Assembly: GCA_029838195.1 (NCBI GenBank)
Contig: JALGVJ010000004.1
Coordinates: 32,001-96,000 of the forward strand
Origin: Promethearchaeota archaeon
GTDB lineage: Archaea > Asgardarchaeota > Lokiarchaeia > Sigyniarchaeales > SOKP01
Length of the DNA: 64,000 nt
Direction: 5' to 3'
The stretch's first letter is position 1; every line of letters starts with the position of its first letter. Position numbers and translations under genes: made by a program. Below are positions 59,809 to 64,000 of this stretch, in pieces. Below the pieces are notes generated by a model. It ran no database searches and was not told the origin of the DNA. It saw only the letters and a program-made list of their open reading frames with translations.

Positions 59809-61086
59809 TTAAATGGTTATTGCCACCTCCTTACTGAGAAAGAATACGGCTACATGATTGGGAACTTCTATAATTGCATCTTTGGTGTAGGGTCCATAGG
59901 TTTCATTTTTCATGGTAATTATCGGAACTTTTGGGACTGTGATTTTTAATTTTTGAAGATTATCACTTTCAAATACGATTGGATCAAGGGTTTCATCATT
60001 TTCATTTAAAGGATCGAAGTCTTCTAATTGTTCGTGGGAAAGTTCTGAAACTTTAAAACCCGTTTTTCCGTGTAAGGAGCCCGGATAACGTATTAACCGA
60101 TGGATATCTATTGAAACGGGTTGATCAATCTCCACTGAGATTTCTTTTACTACTGCTTCTAAAAATTTTTTCCATCGACTCATTGTCATGTGTTCAATAT
60201 TCCATATATTAGTTTCATCCTTGTAGATGACAGATAAAAGGTGATTTCCATTTCGCATGAAAGCATCTGCTATATTAGCACTAAATCCTACTTTTCGTTT
60301 ATCCGTTAAAAAAGCTTTAATCTCAGAAGGAGATTTATTTAATAAATCTTCAATGAATTGCAAAATTTTTCTTGACCATCCAATATTGGATTTGGATAAT
60401 CCATAAATGACACCTCCTTTTTCATTTAACCCAAGTAATTCAAGAGTGAGATTTTCACCCGTAAGATAATCCACGATTTCTCGTCTTTTTTCACTGGATA
60501 ACATGCGCAATTTTTCATCTTCTAATTTCACGTGATAGCCCCGATGTCCTGAAAAAGCACATTTTATTCTGGATTCTTCAATTCCAAAATCAGGAACAAG
60601 AAAATGATTAATTACTTTGAACACTTCTTTTTTAGCCTCGTTAAGACATCGTTTACAGATCCACGTGAGGGTACTTAATTTAGGACTTCCGCATTTTTTA
60701 CATGTATTTACCATTCCCTTGCCTTTAGCACCGCAACTTTTACAATACCAAAGGTCATGATTTTCTTTACAAGGTGTATAAAAATGATCCACATCAATAT
60801 CTATTAAAAAATCACAGCCCTTGTATTCTTTTTGATTCATGTCTTGATTCTCTGGATAATTATATAAAGAACCGCTGGCATACACGTGTCTTGGGCTCTT
60901 TTCAATTAAAAAATTTTTTAATTCTTCTTCAGATTCAAATCCCACGTGCCTGATCATCATGGGCTTTTCCCACGGGATAAATCCAAATTCTCTCTGTTGT
61001 AATGAATTGATGGTTGGGAGTTCACTTTTCTTTTCTTGATAATAAGCCTTAAATAATCGTTGTAAAAATATTTTAGAAGATGTCAT
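59809..61086 (-). CDS. priS: DNA primase small (catalytic) subunit
   Basis: REFGF, IDIDVD, FSGHRGYH and IDQPVSIDIHRLIRYPGSLHGKTG motifs. Confidence 0.95.
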   Translation of the reverse strand: MTSSKIFLQRLFKAYYQEKKSELPTINSLQQREFGFIPWEKPMMIRHVGFESEEELKNFLIEKSPRHVYASGSLYNYPENQDMNQKEYKGCDFLIDIDVDHFYTPCKENHDLWYCKSCGAKGKGMVNTCKKCGSPKLSTLTWICKRCLNEAKKEVFKVINHFLVPDFGIEESRIKCAFSGHRGYHVKLEDEKLRMLSSEKRREIVDYLTGENLTLELLGLNEKGGVIYGLSKSNIGWSRKILQFIEDLLNKSPSEIKAFLTDKRKVGFSANIADAFMRNGNHLLSVIYKDETNIWNIEHMTMSRWKKFLEAVVKEISVEIDQPVSIDIHRLIRYPGSLHGKTGFKVSELSHEQLEDFDPLNENDETLDPIVFESDNLQKLKITVPKVPIITMKNETYGPYTKDAIIEVPNHVAVFFLSKEVAITI

Positions 61087-62261
61087 GACTTCTCTTTCTC
61101 ACCCGTTTGTTGGGGCCTCGATGAACGATAATTCTTTATTTGGACATAAAAAAGAGGATGTCGGATGGTTCTTTGTTCCTGATATGTTTTAGAATAATAT
61201 CCTTTCAAGCAGATGGGATCATCATAGTGCTTCGCTTTACACAAAGTCAATGATTTTAAAGTAGCACAAGAATGGGGTGTATATTGCTTTTTTTTAGCAA
61301 ATTGTACTTGATAAGTAGTAATATCTCTATTAAAATCAGGTAATTTAATAAAAAGATTTACAATGTTTTCTTCAGGAAAATTAAAGGAATTGAGAAAAAA
61401 TACTAAAAAGAGTCTCTCCACATGGGTAATATTTTGTCCTTCTTCTATTTTTTTTATTATCTCTTTAACACAAGGGGGAAACATCTCTACAAGGTTATTA
61501 TTTTTATCAAATTGAAGTTCAGTAAAATAATTTATGTCTTCTTTCTTTAATTCCCATCGATTTGAAATCTCATCATACAACTCCCTAAATTCATTAATTC
61601 TCAGCATTCCTTCCTTAAAAGTTTTGACATTTTCAACGTTTCTATTTTCGTAGGGAAATACTTTTTGGCGAACGTACTCTTGTATTAAACGTGCTAATCG
61701 TCTTTCTTGTAAGTAGACAAATCCTTCATGAAGTGCATTATTTATTAACTTTCCATTTGGATCTCTAAGAGAACTCGCGAGTTCTAAATAATCAATATAA
61801 TGAATTCTAAAATGAGTACTGAGTAGAAGAATCTGGTGTTTAGACGTAATTTTTTTATAAATCCAAGGGGGATCGTTGTATTCAATATTGATTTTCAAAT
61901 CCGAACAAATTTCATACAAATTATATTCATTTTCCTGGAGAAGAAGAGCATAATTTAATTTAGAGTATAAATTAGCAACCCGATGAGAGATCATGTTATC
62001 ATTTAAACAATAGAGCAAGATTTTTAAGGTTAAGTATAAATAGATGTTTAACTCATCAATCTTATATTCTGAAAAGGTTTCGCTATTATTAAACGCATTT
62101 TCGATTAACAGAATGATTCTTTTATATAATTCTTCTCCATTTTTCCCGGTTAACACGGTCGTGATAAATTCCTCTGTACTTAAAACTTGGAGATGAGGAT
62201 AATATAATTTTAAGGAAGGAAGCCATGGATACCGATATACCAATTCTCGTCTAATTTCCAT
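61083..62261 (-). CDS. priL: DNA primase large subunit (Fe-S)
   Basis: YPWL, FPPCV, HVERL, PDFN, YTPHSCATLK, four C-terminal Cys and HPL. Confidence 0.92.
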   Translation of the reverse strand: MEIRRELVYRYPWLPSLKLYYPHLQVLSTEEFITTVLTGKNGEELYKRIILLIENAFNNSETFSEYKIDELNIYLYLTLKILLYCLNDNMISHRVANLYSKLNYALLLQENEYNLYEICSDLKINIEYNDPPWIYKKITSKHQILLLSTHFRIHYIDYLELASSLRDPNGKLINNALHEGFVYLQERRLARLIQEYVRQKVFPYENRNVENVKTFKEGMLRINEFRELYDEISNRWELKKEDINYFTELQFDKNNNLVEMFPPCVKEIIKKIEEGQNITHVERLFLVFFLNSFNFPEENIVNLFIKLPDFNRDITTYQVQFAKKKQYTPHSCATLKSLTLCKAKHYDDPICLKGYYSKTYQEQRTIRHPLFYVQIKNYRSSRPQQTGEKEKS

Positions 62262-62374
62262 GGCTTTTTTAACACCTTCTTTTTGGATTTGAAAGGGTTA
62301 TTAACAAGTTAAAAGAGGAAATTTTAAAAAATTAAGACTCTATAAATTTTCTATTATTTGAGAAAAAACCGATT

Positions 62375-63172
62375 TTAGTACTCTTCCTCTTCTTCCCCGA
62401 ATTCTGCTTCTTCCACGCGAGGCGCCAAGAAATAAATGAGTTCTCCTCCTTCTAACAAATTAAATTTCATTTTTAAGGGATGATCCGTGCGTGTAGAAAT
62501 TTCTAATTTCTCAGTAATGGATGATAGATTTAAAATTGCTTTTAGAAAAGTAAGAGAATATGCTCCCTCGCTCATTTCTGAGATATTAGCATCGAGTAAA
62601 TCATCTAATGATAAGCTATATTCCATTTCCCCTATTTGCCCGGTAGAACTAAAGATCAAGCCTTCATCTTTTACTGCCTTTATATTAATGAGCTCTGAAT
62701 AGATTTCCGCATCTTTAATTGCTTCTACGAGATATTCCGGTGACATTACCCAACTTACTGGATATTCACTGTTAAGGATGTTATCAATGGGTAACTCTTC
62801 AAATTCCATATCCAAAACAGCCAAACTAAACGTGCGGGTCCTAGAAACACCTTCCTTTTGCATTTTAATAAGGATTTTTTGGTCTTTTTCCTTGAAATTT
62901 AATTCAATAGAATCATCCGGCGCACTTCTTTTTAATATCTTATTTAGATCATCTAAATTTAATCCAACTTTAGATTCCTGGCTACATTTAAATTCATCGA
63001 AATTCTCTTTCTGAATCGAGAGTTTTAAAAGACAAATCCGACTGGGATCCATTGCAGAAATAGAAAATTCAGCAGGTGTCACCTTGAATTCCGTCTCATC
63101 AATAATGTTAGCCAAGGTCTCAATAATAACTTTTAAAATCCGACTATTTTCTAATTTTAATGTAAATGAAAT
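62375..63172 (-). CDS. pcn: DNA polymerase sliding clamp PCNA (probable ATT start at 63172)
   Basis: AMDPSRI, GLNLDDLNKILKR, YSLTFL and YFLAPRVE; frame extends upstream as (M)SFTLKLENSRILKVIIETLANII. Confidence 0.93.
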   Translation of the reverse strand: MSFTLKLENSRILKVIIETLANIIDETEFKVTPAEFSISAMDPSRICLLKLSIQKENFDEFKCSQESKVGLNLDDLNKILKRSAPDDSIELNFKEKDQKILIKMQKEGVSRTRTFSLAVLDMEFEELPIDNILNSEYPVSWVMSPEYLVEAIKDAEIYSELINIKAVKDEGLIFSSTGQIGEMEYSLSLDDLLDANISEMSEGAYSLTFLKAILNLSSITEKLEISTRTDHPLKMKFNLLEGGELIYFLAPRVEEAEFGEEEEEY

Positions 63173-63369
63173 TTATAAGCACCTTGTTTCCTTTTTTTAT
63201 GATAAGATAGAGTTATTCACACTAATTAAAAAATTTAATATTAACCTTTTATTAAACAATAATAATATTAATACCCTTATTATTCTAATGTTCAACTTAA
63301 ACTTTTAATAGTTATTTTAAATTTCTATCCTAAATTATTTTTACCATGTTCCTTCTAAGGTGATTATAA

Positions 63370-63702
63370 ATGGAATCTCAACACGCTCGGCAAAGAACTA
63401 TCGAAGATATTATAAACAACGATATTTACATTCAAATCACGGGTTATGTAAAAGAATTACTCGAAAATAATCAAATCATTTTGAAGGATAATACAGGTAA
63501 GATTAAAATTGATCTCGGTGAAATTGAATTTCCCTACAAAAAGAACGATTTGATTAATGTCATTGGAGAATTAAACATTACCATGGCAGGGGAAAAAATC
63601 ATCCAAGCTAAAATAATTCAGGACATGAGGAATTTAAACTTCGAATATTATGAAAAACTTTATAAAATCAAGAAAGAATTCATTAAACCGGATTCTTATT
63701 GA
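63370..63702 (+). CDS. Single OB-fold protein, RPA14/RPA3-like
   Basis: IQITGYV...LKDNTGKI...INVIG OB strands plus C-terminal helix LNFEYYEKLYKI. Confidence 0.7.
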   Translation: MESQHARQRTIEDIINNDIYIQITGYVKELLENNQIILKDNTGKIKIDLGEIEFPYKKNDLINVIGELNITMAGEKIIQAKIIQDMRNLNFEYYEKLYKIKKEFIKPDSY

Positions 63703-63845
63703 ACTTACTTGAATCTTTAAAAATTCAAAATTTTTCACTTGAATTTTTGGGAGAGGAGTTTTTCACCTAAATTATGTGAAAAATACCTTTTTCTTTAATT
63801 AAATATTTTAACTAATTAAAAATCTAAAGAATTGGAGAAATATTC

Positions 63846-64000
63846 ATGATTCAATTTTGTCCTAAATGTGATGGCCTCCTCCGTAAACAAGTCATTAATG
63901 GAAAAGTTTATCTTGAATGTAAATGCGGTTATAAAATTGAAGCTAAAGAGGATAAGGAAAATTTAAAAAAACGTGTTCAGAGAAAAAAAGAATCCTTAGA
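63846..64000 (+). CDS. tfs: Transcription factor S / RpoM-like Zn-ribbon protein (5' part, runs off the window)
   Basis: Manual translation MIQFCPKCDGLLRKQVINGKVYLECKCGYKIEAKED... Confidence 0.75.
   Translation, partial: MIQFCPKCDGLLRKQVINGKVYLECKCGYKIEAKEDKENLKKRVQRKKESL

Noticed and set aside
631-63308. Numerous 60-120 aa ORFs antisense to or nested in real genes (e.g. 2688-3044, 11716-12069, 14093-14416, 34245-34559)
   Set aside because: Shadow frames of well-supported genes with no motifs

Overview
AT-rich (roughly 30-33% GC by eye) archaeal chromosome segment. The gene content points to Asgard archaea, probably Lokiarchaeia/Promethearchaeota: Arf- and Rag-type small GTPases, a eukaryote-like STT3/AglB, an RPA14-like OB protein, an EF-2 lacking the HRG diphthamide motif, and archaeal information genes. 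About 50 CDSs are present. Translation and RNA: EF-2, EF-1alpha, aIF5B, aIF2alpha, CCA-adding enzyme, Taw1, TruA, Nop10, Csl4, METTL5-like. Replication and repair: PCNA-PriL-PriS-GINS15, RFC-S, UvrAB. Transcription: TFB, Rpo11, partial TFS. Metabolism: Acs, enolase, ThrH, a corrinoid protein. Several lineage-specific hypotheticals are also present. I saw no tRNA, rRNA, CRISPR array or mobile element. Best leads: (1) an apparently catalytically dead CoA-transferase fused to a Pat-type GNAT, divergent from acs, as a candidate acyl-CoA-sensing acetylation switch; (2) two sharp, gene-orientation-independent C-to-G skew inversions at about 12.2 kb and 56.7 kb; (3) a pseudo-GTPase/SNAP-TPR solenoid with a triplicated C-terminal module close to an HhH-Rag-type GTPase; (4) a winged-helix insert inside Taw1; (5) an AglB carrying five Ig-like repeats; (6) a probable ATT start codon for PCNA. 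All family calls come from motif recognition by eye, with no database searches.
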